From Ruditapes philippinarum (Eukaryota): 64,000 nt of DNA. The stretch is taken from NCBI RefSeq assembly GCF_026571515.1, contig NW_026862271.1:1-64000 (forward strand), read 5' to 3'. A model generated the notes under the pieces. The model worked only from the letters and a program-made list of their open reading frames with translations, searched no databases and was not told the origin of the DNA. The translations under genes were made by a program, and so were the position numbers. Position 1 is the first letter of the stretch. Every line of letters begins with the position of its first letter. This document shows positions 52,979-64,000 of this stretch, in pieces.

Positions 52979-54129
52979 TTTTAGCTCACCTGTCACAAAG
53001 TGACAGGGTGAGCTTTTGTGATCGCTTTTCGTCCGGCGTCTGTCCGTCGTCTGTAAACTTTTACTTTAAATGACATCTCCTCATAAACCACTAGGCCAAT
53101 TTCATCCAAACTTCACAGGAATGTTCCTTTGGTGGTCACCTTTAAAAATTGTTCAAAGAATTTAATTCCATGCAGAACTCTGGTTGCCATGGCAACCGAA
53201 AGAAAAAACTTAAAAAATCTTCTTTTAAAGAACCCAAAGAGCTAGAGCTAAGATATTTAGCATGAAACATGTTCTAATGAGTGTCTACCAAGTTTGTTCA
53301 AATAAAAGCCCTGGGGTCAAAATTGGCCCCGCCCCAGGGGGTCATTGATTTTCCCTATATGCATATAGTAAAAGCTTAAAAAATCTTCTTTTAAAGAACT
53401 CAAAGAGCTAGAGCTAAGATATTTAGCATCAAACATGTTCTAATAGGTGTCTACCAAGTTTGTTCAAATAAAAGCCCTGGGGTCAAAATTGGCCCCGCCC
53501 CGGGGGTCATTGATTTTCCTTATATGTGTATAGCAAAAACTTAAAAAATCTTCTTTGAAAAAACCCAAATAGCTAGAGTTTAGATATTAAGCATGAAACA
53601 TGTTCTAGAAAGTGTCTACAAAGTTTGTTCAAATAAAAGACCTGGAGTCAAAATTGGCCTCGCCCCGGGGGTCATTGATTTTCCTTATATGTGTATAGCA
53701 AAAACTTAAAATCTTCTTTGAAAAAACCCAAATAGCTAGAGTTTAGATATTAAGCATGAAACATCTTCTAGTAAGTGTCTACAAAGTTTGTTCAAATAAA
53801 AGCCCTGGGGTCAAAATTGGCCCCGCCCCAGGGGGTCATTGATTTTCCCTATATGCATATATTTAAACTTAAAAAATCTTCTTTTAAAGAACTCAAAGAG
53901 CTAGAGCTAAGAAATTTAGCATGAAACATGTTCTAATAGGTGTTTACCAAGTTTGTTCAAATAAAAGCCCTGTGGTCAAAATTGGCCCCGCCCTGGGGGT
54001 CATTGATTTTCCTTATATGTGTATAGCAAAAACTTAAAAAATCTTCTTTGAAAAAACCCAAATAGCTAGAGTTTACAGGTGCTGCTATATACAGGTGAGC
54101 GACCTCAGGGCCATCATGGCCCTCTTGTT
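52979..54129 (+). mobile_element. Second copy of the same HINE, 5 x ~165-bp array
   Basis: Near-identical termini and units to 48610-50021. Confidence 0.9.
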
Positions 54130-54614
54130 TATGTTTTTTTTTTTTTTTAATGTTTTGGATTTTATTCATATTGTGTTAAGTTCTTTTATTGTAGTTTATT
54201 TGTTGAATCCAGTGTTTGGCATTGAACTAAAATGTGCTTTTTTAAACAAAGTATTCTAAAAAAGAAATAGAACAGAATGAACAACTTATTTATTTTTTGC
54301 CTTTTTAATTCTAAAATAAACTTCTGTGACAAGTCCTGTTAACATTTTGTCACAAAAGTGCAATAAAGCTACTTGCCAATGTTGATTTTCACATTTTATA
54401 GAAATATATAAGTTCATATTTAACAAATATTTAAAATATTATTAGCAAATAAATACTTTATTTGTGAGTAACATGTTCATTAAGTTGTAATATTAGGGTA
54501 ATTCAAATTCAAAATTACTAAAAGCATAATAATAGTATAATAGGAGTAAATATATGAGAATCAAGTTTTACTAACCATTATGATTAACCTTAAAATGTCT
54601 TTTGTAGCTCAAGT

Positions 54615-54676
54615 TTTTTATGCCACCGCAGCATCTGCGATGCGGTGGCATATAGCGATTCACCTGTGTGTGTGTT

Positions 54677-54712
<36 letters not shown>

Positions 54713-55727
54713 ATAGATTATATAGTGAACTTAAAAAATCTTCTTGTGAAAAACCACTAGTCCAGTTTCAACCAAACTTGGCAGGATTGATCCTTGGGTG
54801 AAGGCCTTTCAAAGTTGTTCAAAGAATTTCATTCCATGCTGAATTCTGGTTGCCATGGCAACCAAAAGGAATTATAAGAATAAATTTAAAAAATCTTCTT
54901 GTAAAGACCAAGAAGGCCTAGAGCTTAGATATTTTGCATAAGGCATTGTCTGGTAGACCTCTACCAAGATTGTTCAAATTATAGCCCTGGGGTCCAAATC
55001 GGCCCCGCCCCGGGGTCATTGATTTTCACTATATGTACATATAGTAAAAACTTAAAATATCTTCTTGCCTGAAGGTACCAGGCTTAGAGGCTTGATATTT
55101 GGTATGTGTTATTATCTATAGGTACTATACCAAAGTTGTTCAAATTTTGCCTCTAGTGTCAAAATTAGCCCTGCCCCGGGGGTCATAGGTTTTCCTCAAA
55201 TGTATATAGTAAAAACTTAAAAAATCATCTTCTCTAAATTGACAAAGGCTAGAAGTTAGATATTTTGCATGAAACATTGTGTAGTGAACCTCTAGCAAGA
55301 TTGAACAAATTATAGCCCTGGGGTCAAAATTGGCCCCACCCCCGGGGGTCATTGATTTTCACTATGTACATATAGTAAAAAATTAAAAAATCTTATTGTC
55401 TGAAGGTACAAGGCTAAGAGCTTTGATATTTGGTATATGATATCATCTATAGGTACTCTACCAAAGTTGTTAAAATTTTGCCTCTAGTGTCAAAACTAGC
55501 CCTGCCCTGGGGTCAAAGGTTTTCCTTACAGGTATATAGTAAAAAAATCATCTTCTCGAATTAACAAAGGCTAGAGGTGAGACATTTTGCAGTAAACATT
55601 GTGTAGTGAACCTTTAGTAAGATTATTCAAATTAAAGCCCTGGGGTCAAAACAAAAAAAATGTCTTCCTACATTACTATTTTAGTATTTATGCGGTGGCA
55701 TAGCATTTTTTACAAATGCAATCTTGT
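54615..55727 (+). mobile_element. HINE with (GT)n and alternating A/B ~167-bp units
   Basis: TTTTATGCCACCGCA..TGCGGTGGCATA start, (GT)n tract, and 3' ATGCGGTGGCATAGCATT..AATGCAATCTTGTT. Confidence 0.85.
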
Positions 55728-57849
55728 TTTATTTTGATATTGATATCCCTTAAAATTTGAATTAACAGTTCCAAATTTAAACCAAGGAAATCATTTACAC
55801 ACATTCAACAAGTTAAGTATTAAGAAATATTGTCAGGGTAGTTTGTAACTTATTTAGGGCATGATACAATGTATATTAGTTCATATTTAGAATGCAATAA
55901 AAAAATGATTTTTTAGTACCAACATTCATATAACAAGTAATTAACTTTTTGCCTCAGTTTCATCCAAAACCCTAATTGATGACAAACTTGTATTCTAAGA
56001 TTCAACTTACTCACTTGCACCAACTCGTTTTAGGCCTACTTATTACAACAACAACAACAATTAATACTTTGATTTTTGTGTCACGATACATTGAACAGTA
56101 TGACTGAATACAATGGTGTAAATGTGAGTTTTTTGTTTATTTTTTTAAATTGAAAACTGAACAGTGTTCAGTCTTGTATGACCAGTAATTTGTCTATGTC
56201 ACTTGAACAAGCAAACAATTTATAAATTATTATACTACCAACACATTGTATTGTACATATCTAAGTCATAACATTTATATTCTTAAGTCATAACATATAG
56301 TATATCACATGCTTTTCCTTTCAACTTGATGTGTTTTCATATATTGGTAAGGTTACTATTGTAATATCAACCAAAATGGCATAGTTCATTTATATTTATT
56401 TTATAGAATTTAATAAGGGACTTAAATCAAAACTAGTATATATTTATATTCATAATATAAGGTGTAAAATAGTTTCACATTTAGCCTTTATTGTCATATG
56501 AATCATAATGATAATTATTTTTTAAGCTTTGAATAATGATGTCTTTATTGTGAATATTTGATATTATCAAATGTAGAAGAAAATGTTACTCTGTACTAAG
56601 AAATCCAGGTTTTATCATAAACATGTATGTTTGTGTTCTATGAATTCAAAAATGTCATGATTAGATTAAATTTGTAAAGAATGTTTAAGTTTGCTTCGAA
56701 ATACTTACATAATTATGCAATTTTGAATTGTTGTAGAGACATAGGGGTCTTAAGTTGTGAAACTGTCCTGCCAGCTTGTGTTGTATCAAGATGCATGTTC
56801 ATGTATTAAATAATGCAGTGAGTATCATCACAGGATCCCCCCTCTTGTCAGTAAAAGTCTGTAAATGACCAATGCTATCTTGGTTTGTCTTAAAACCTTA
56901 AGACATTTACCAAGGACATCAAATATTTTTTTAACTATTTCTGAACATTATGTGAATTTGTTTTAAGAAGCTAGGTATACAAGTGAAACAGACAGTGAAG
57001 TAATTTTCTGTATCAAGAGTATATGACAGGGAATTAGTAAGACCAAAGATCAAAACTTTATTTTATTTTTTACACCGCTTTTTTCTTTTTCAATTAATAC
57101 TTTAGAATATTAAATTGTTTGGCCCACCAAATGAAGTTTTAGGAGGTGTATAAGGGTGGGCTTGTTGTTCTGTTTCATGGTTTCTGGATGATAAGTTAAG
57201 AATGATGAGATGTTGTACTGAAACTTGGTGTATAGCAAGCTTACATGTATGTGAGACCGAACTTTGAGATCACTTTAAGGTCCAATAGAGACCTTAGAGA
57301 AATAGAGGTGGAGCTTAAGTTTGTTTATAGACCACTAATATTACACATAGTTAAAGTGGTGGGTGGGGCATAAATCACCTTCACAGTGATAGCTGTAGTT
57401 TGATACTGCTATCCATGTAAAAAGACCAATAACTTTGTAGCTGTATATACATGTACAAAAAATTATCTACAAAATTAATTTAATATGAAATATACAATAT
57501 TTTGCTTTTTTTCTTCCTTAGTACTAGTATTATTTGGGCAACTTTAAGTTGTATCCGTCCCTTAACTCTTTGTAAAAAATTGTAAATAGACTACTAAACA
57601 TGAAATCAGGATGTTTTTATGCTTCGTTTTGTTCTAGTAAGTGTGAATGAGGTTTGTTAGTCTAATGTGTTGTTTTTGTATTCACTCAGCACTTTTTTAC
57701 TTTGTTATCGGACTGCTTATTGTGTAATTATAAACATTTAATGATATGATTTTCTAACCACTACTTACAGTATATAATTATATATCTGTTCTTAAAGTTG
57801 AACATTTTTTAGAGGCAGCCAACTCCCTAAATTACTGTTTTTCAGACGT

Positions 57850-57947
57850 GTATTCATATTTAAGAAAGAGTGAATATATTCATATTTCAGGAAGAGTTAA
57901 TGTATTCATATTTCAGGAAGCGTTAATGTATTCATATTTCAGAAAGG
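57850..57947. repeat. Minisatellite, ~26-bp unit x ~4
   Basis: Head-to-tail GTATTCATATTTCAGGAAGAGTTAAT variants. Confidence 0.8.
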
Positions 57948-59230
57948 GATAGACAATCATTGATTGGTGTATGAATGTTTTTTGTGACAATATTGAAATC
58001 AACTTTCTTGTGTAATTATTGTCAAACGATATAGTAAATATTTGAGATGTGATATCATATTATTCATCATTATTCCATGTTAAATAACCCATTGACACTT
58101 TATTCACTGTGTGATGTTCTTTATATTTAATAGCTCTTGGGTTGGTAATTTTATTTATTTAAGATTGTAGAAACCTGTTGAACATGTTAGGGAGGAACAA
58201 ATTTCTTTATTTTAATAAAGTTGTGCATACATAGTTAAAGTTACTATAAAGCAATGTTTGTATTGCAAAAATTCAGAATACTCTTTGTATAATTGATGTA
58301 CTTATTATGTGAATCTGCTGTAAACATACAAAAATAGAGAGAAAAATCAACCTTCAAATAACTACATGTACTTTTGATATGCTACAACCCCGTTAAAATA
58401 TGAATTAGGGACATTGGATTCTCTCATCTGGGGAAGGTATGTAAGCATACTTAAGAGAAAGTTGATGGTTATACTGGGTACTTGGGTGCCCGTTTGTGCC
58501 TGAAATAATGCATGATAGGGTGCCCAGGTCGTCCTCCATCAGTAAAGCTGGAAAGTGGACTTAACCATTTTACTGTGACTTAAAGGGACTCCACTGAGGT
58601 ATTTTGACATGATGGGACTGAAAATATTTTTTCCAGATAAATGTACCATTTGATGTAGTTTTAGACCACTAATCTTTGTGCAAACTTTCAGATCATTCGC
58701 GCACTTCGTTTTTCCAGAATAATTATTCAAACTATAAAAAGATGACCCAAAATGAAAAGCGTTTAAACGCTTTTCACTCAAATCGGGCTAAAAAAGCATG
58801 AAAATACGTTCAATTTATTTCAAATTATATTTCTAAACTATCTTTGCATATATTTCTGTTTAAAGTGCCCCAGCTCATTTAATAATATAACAAATTCAAA
58901 TGTTATGTTTTTAGGTTTTAAATCCTTCAAAAACAAATATAGACCTAACCTGAGCTTCGGTGTACCTTCCGTTATATAGATTTATATAGGTACATGTATA
59001 GCTTTCTGAGATATTTATGGTAAAAGCTTAGAAAAAATAGATGTCCCAGAGCTGAAATGTTTGATATGCAGTGCCGTCTAGTTGGTTTTTATAAAAAACT
59101 TTTATAGGTTAGGATCTTTGGGTCCAGAAGAACATTTTATTTATTGGTGTGATCAATAAATTCTACTTTTGACTCTAGATAATCAACTTCTATTTATTCA
59201 GGTGAGCGATAAATATCTGATTGTGACTCT

Positions 59231-60227
59231 TTTTAGCTCGACTTTTCTATGAAAAGGGGAGCTATCCTACTCGCCCCGGCGTCGGCGTCGGCGTTAGCGT
59301 CGGCGTTGGCGTCACACCTTGGTTAAGTTTTTCGTACCACCCCACTTTATTTCAGAAGTATTACAAGTATGGCTTTGAAACTTACCATACTTGTTCACCA
59401 TCATAACCTCCATCTACAGACAGGAGTACATAACTCTGTCAAGGTTTTTGACAGAATTATGGCCCTTTTTTGACTTAGAAAGTGTATTGAGCTTGGTTAA
59501 GTTTTTTGTACCACCTCACTTTATTTCAAAACCATTGGAGGTATTGCTTTGAAACTGACCATACTTGTTTACCATCACGACCTTCATCAACAGACAAGAG
59601 GACATAACTCTGTCAAGGTTTTTGACAGAATTATGCCCCTTTTTGACTTAGAAAATACATTGAATATGGGTAAAATCCACTTATTGCCTTAACCCTTTGA
59701 GATATTGCTTTGAAACTTTTAATGCTATTTCACATCATTACCCCCATCTGTACGCAAGAGAAGGTAACTCTGTCAGGGATTTGTTTTAAAAATTAAGGCC
59801 TTTTATCGACTTAGAATCTTGGTTAACTTTTTTGTACCAGTCAACTTTTTGACTGAACTGGTTGAGATATTAAATTGAAAGTTGGAATACTTGTTTACCA
59901 TCATGGTCCCAAAACATGGGCAGGAGAAGGTAATTCTGTTAAGGATTTTATTTGAATTATGGCCCTTTTTGACTTAGAAACTCAGTTAAAATTTTCATTC
60001 TTGTCCACTTGTTGACTTAACCATTTGAGATATTAGTTTGGAAGTTGGAGTTCTTATGTGCCATCATGAGACCTATCTGTAAGCAAGAGAAGATAACTCT
60101 GTGAAAATGTTTCTTGATTTGTACTTAGAAATTCCTAGTTAAAGTCTTGTGTGCCCTTAACTGTCAAAGTTTTGTTTTATAGGCAAGCACTAAAAAAGTC
60201 GAGCGCGCTGTCCTTCTGACAGCTCTT
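59231..60227 (+). mobile_element. HINE with (GGCGTC)n and ~170-bp degenerate repeats
   Basis: TTTTAGCTCGACTT start and 3' AAGTCGAGCGCGCTGTC..GACAGCTCTT. Confidence 0.8.
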
Positions 60228-60403
60228 TTTTTGTTGTGTTGACACATTCTCAGAATTATGTTAAATACTTTCATTATGTATCAAATAAATCTTTATTATG
60301 GTAGATTTTAGTCTTGTTTCTTTAGTTAGCCGATACACAATTCTATGCTGTCACATTTACAATTATAGAGTGGTATCTGTATAATTCAATATGTAACAGT
60401 CTG

Positions 60404-61270
60404 CTACAGTGTCCCAGAAAATTCCTTATTTGATACAATGTCGTATTCAGATTTCGGCCTGTAGAACGTTATTCCACTTTGGATTAAGGCTTGTGCTAGT
60501 TCTTTGATGTTCGGTGGTAGGACTCGCTGGTCCAAATTATCCGGCACGTGTTCGAGCGGATTCAGATCTCGACTATTGGCTGCCAATCATTAACGAAAGC
60601 AATATTTTCGTCTTGAGAAAATTTACTGTATCTTCATATGTAGCGGTATGGCTTATGGCATTATCTTGTTGAAACAGTGACATTATTTCTAAACAGAGGG
60701 ATTGCGTACATGAATCCCATTTCGGTAGCGTTAGGTATTCAAATTAAAAACGGGCGTGTTCCTTGCCCGGCAAGACCAAGACAGAACCTTCGACCCACAA
60801 AAACAATCTCATTCAAGATCACAACAGGCGGCATTACGTTCATTTCTTCGACGATATACACGAACCCTACCGATACTTTGATAAATGGAAACTCTCGAAT
60901 TGTCGGAGAAAAAAATCTATTCCATTGTTGCCACCTCGAACGATGGTGTCTAACAATTAAGACTATGTACGCGGTGCCGTCGCGTCAATTCGCAGCAAAT
61001 GTAAGAACGACGTCCACGTAGACCACCCTCACGCAGACGAGTGTGTACAGTTTGGGCCGATATTCGGTTATTATGTAAACCAGGGATGTTAGTAGGAGTA
61101 GCAGTTTGACAGTTTGAAAACAATAATGTAGGTGTGTGTGTGTTCGTTCACGATATAGCTGTCTTGACCAGGCGTAATGTCGTCCACTACGTAGTAAATC
61201 TATATCGTATGCCCTGTTGCTTGAGAACGTTACCAATGGTTTCGAATGGAACGGCTAGACCTGCCAACAA
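60404..61270 (-). pseudogene. Tc1-like (DD34E) transposase pseudogene
   Basis: FQQDNA and SRDLNPLEHVPDNL (degenerate SPDLNPIEHVW), with many frameshifts. Confidence 0.8.
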
Positions 61271-61562
61271 CCCGAGAAACCTCATTCGTCGCCATTAAAC
61301 ATTCATATAATTTTGATGCCATTATTGTTTTGCGTTTAAATAATCTTTTAATCATTCATGCGTTTCTTGTCACACTAAAGCCAACATACTTTGCAATGGG
61401 CGTGAATGTAGACAAAGAATAGCCATGAGCTTGTTGTGTAATGACCGGAAATATGTACAAAAAGTACCCAAGAAATAAATTTTTAACTTTATGTTGAGTT
61501 TTTATGGTAATGAACTATGCACGATAAACATTACGAATTAATATGGTATATAGGTTTGTTTT

Positions 61563-63859
61563 TTATTGAACACATGTACATGTTGGACACCCATCTCTGC
61601 TATATTCCCCGATATCATATCCTGATTGACATGTCATAACACAATGTAATATAGCCACACATTCTCCAGGAGCAGGGGTACTAGTTTCTAACACCGGGTC
61701 TGAAAATAAAAATACAAAATTGTTTATTATTTTAATGCTTTTTTATTGTCATCTAAATGATCAATACTAGTTTACTGCTTCTTACGAAGCTTTGTATTTA
61801 TAAATACACGCTTAGATCCGTTCCTGGAGCCAAGCTATACTAAGCAAAAAGTATAAAGTGACTTGCTTCCTTGAACAAGCTAACGTGGTTTGAATCTCTT
61901 AATGACTATTCCGGCGCGTTATACACTCGACCAGACCGCCTTAACACATGATTGTTTCTGGTTAGTTTAACGAAAAACAACGTTAACTTTGCTCAACTTT
62001 TAATCCTAGTAGTAATAAGTTGTTTCTTAATCTACACACAATTTGTTTTTAACTATATTACATTATTATCAAGATTTATCCGTGACGTTGAAATAAAAGA
62101 TACCAGTTTGTAAGAATGAAATCACTTTAAATAAGTTACATAAACAGACGATACTAACATCTGGAACCAGGCGCAGAACAAGATGGTCCAAAGCAGCCGG
62201 GACCTGTAAAAATACATGATATACATACTGAGATGCATAGTAACGATTTATGCATGTTACATACTGAAAAATATGTCTATGTACAAATACATGGCTTCTG
62301 AAAATATGTCTTTAACGATTTGTATAGCCATTTGTCGCCAATCATCTGTATAAAAGTTACCAAAAGATACTTTTTTTGGAAATTGATACGTCGACTTGTT
62401 TAATATTTTTATCACATTTAAAAGTTACCGATAGTTACAAAACTTTAAAGCAAAATATCCGAATTTCAACCATAGTAAAGCTATTTATATTATGACTGAC
62501 CATTACTGACACAATGGCAGTCCGGACAACCTTCTCCAGGTTTTTGTGCCAGTTTGTATGTTCCTTTACAATCCATTATACATTTGACAGTATCCGGACA
62601 TGCCTCCATGGCCGTGAGTTTGTTTTGTGTGTCCGGTGTTTCTGTAGGTCCTACAAAGACAACAATATGTACATAGTTATAAAGATTGCCAACATTTATT
62701 TCAAAGCATTGTTTTCATAGTTATAAAAATTGCCAACATTTATTTCAAAGCAATGTCTACACAGATATGAAGACTGGCAATACTTAATTCAAAGCAATGT
62801 CTATATAGTTATGAGCAATGGCATTCAAAACAAAGATTTGGGTAAAATATGTTTTGCATGAAAATGAACATGTATATACATTACTTTATAAATAAAATAC
62901 TTTGTATATAATCTGTAAGAATTCTTTAAGCAGTTCGAATATGCGAAGGAGACAACAGTTTTGTTTATTCAGGGTTGAGAACGTGTTGTTTTTTATCCAC
63001 CGTATGCACGTGCATTTGGTGTAATGATGGATACATTATTTTCCCTTTGAGGCAGGCGGGGAAAACAGAACACCATACGAAATATAATGAAACATAAAAG
63101 TGCCCGACATTACGTTTTGTTAATTATAGACTACTATGACAGAAAAAACATTATTTAAATTAAGATATACAGATGATGTTAATGACAGTTTTGAACGAAC
63201 TAAGTACCAGATATCGGTTGCAGACACGTGCAGCTTGGACAACCATCTGTACCGGTTTTGAACCCAAACTGACATCGTTGTTGGCATGAAAATTGCTCTC
63301 CACAACTCAAAACCTTTTCTACAACAATTCTTTGCACTTCAACTTTATAACTTGTCTCTGTTAATAAAAATGCTATATTTTAGTATTCTCAAACTGTTAT
63401 TGTTGGCGTTAACTAAGTTCTTGAAAAATGTAAACTCAACGACATTGTAGCAAGATAATACTTACTAATGGATCGGTTTTTTTCTTTCTGTATTTGAAGT
63501 TATCTGTATATATCTATATTTAGTCACTTATTATAAAATGGTTTAAGTTAGAATTTATTAAAATTACATCATATGAAATATTGAACTTTTGAATGAACTT
63601 TAAGTTTAATAAGTATATTAGTTTGAATCAACTTTAAACGCAATTAAAATATAACATCATAATTCCTTCATGAATAATGTTACTTAATATAAACTCTCCT
63701 TTATTTTATTGATTTTAAGATTGATATAAAAAAAGTCACATTTACCAGATGGCGCTATACAACTGCATATTGGACAGCCCTCGTTATCACACTTATATCC
63801 AACTGTACACCCATAGGGACATGATAAGGGTTGTTCACAAAGTAATCTCAATCGTGGTG
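61563..63859 (-). CDS. 3' part of a multi-antistasin-domain protein (putative secreted protease inhibitor); exons 63859-63746, 63357-63208, 62650-62501, 62203-62159, 61699-61563; the 5' end probably lies beyond the window
   Basis: Four exons each encode C-x5-C-x3-C-x2-[GT][YF]..GCP-x-C-x-C (CPYGCTVGYKCDNEGCPICSC; CQQRCQFGFKTGTDGCPSCTC; CIMDCKGTY..GCPDCHC; CVMTCQSGY..GCPTCTC). All introns are GT-AG phase 1, with an in-frame stop at 61563. Confidence 0.85.
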
Positions 63860-64000
63860 CTAAAAGCATGTTTAAAGAACTATTATCATAGCTATTTCAA
63901 AATATGTTTATTTAGCATTAACAATTAACGGAAATACAATGGTGTAAGCAGTTACATTCATAAAATAATGTAGATTTATCACATGTATTAGTTATGTCAA

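Noticed and set aside
57850-57947. Short direct repeats resembling a CRISPR array
   Set aside because: Head-to-tail units with no unique spacers, in a eukaryotic context; this is a minisatellite.

Overview
AT-rich, intron-containing animal genomic DNA. The repeat content (Helentron/HINE 'pearl'-like elements, Meta-type SINE, Sola/Kolobok/Mutator MITEs) suggests a bivalve mollusc; this is inference. There are two assembly gaps. The left half (975-33089, minus strand) holds a tandem array of five paralogous, spliced genes that I cannot assign to any known family. Each encodes a small single-pass membrane protein: a ~65-aa Cys-rich N-terminal domain (C-x13/14-APCPP-x3-Y..F..HAL..[ED][VT]C-x-[IL][AS]-x-RC-x8/11-C), a Ser/Thr stalk of variable length, a TM helix split by a conserved phase-2 intron, a basic stop-transfer patch, and a divergent cytoplasmic tail. 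The tails carry Tyr motifs (one ITAM-spaced YxxI-x7-YxxI, plus YENV, YVN, YSTI) and mostly end in PDZ-type C-termini. This looks like an undescribed, diversified, possibly immune-type receptor family. Head-to-head with the array is a complete 6-exon SLC35A nucleotide-sugar transporter (senju-like, 38767-48296, +). The right end holds the 3' part of a multi-antistasin-domain gene (-). Many transposons are interspersed, including an IS3EU-type element with a 6-bp TSD, a solo LTR with heat-shock elements, a foldback element, satellite-bearing HINEs, and mariner, Tc1 and LINE relics. All gene models were spliced by hand and lack transcript support.
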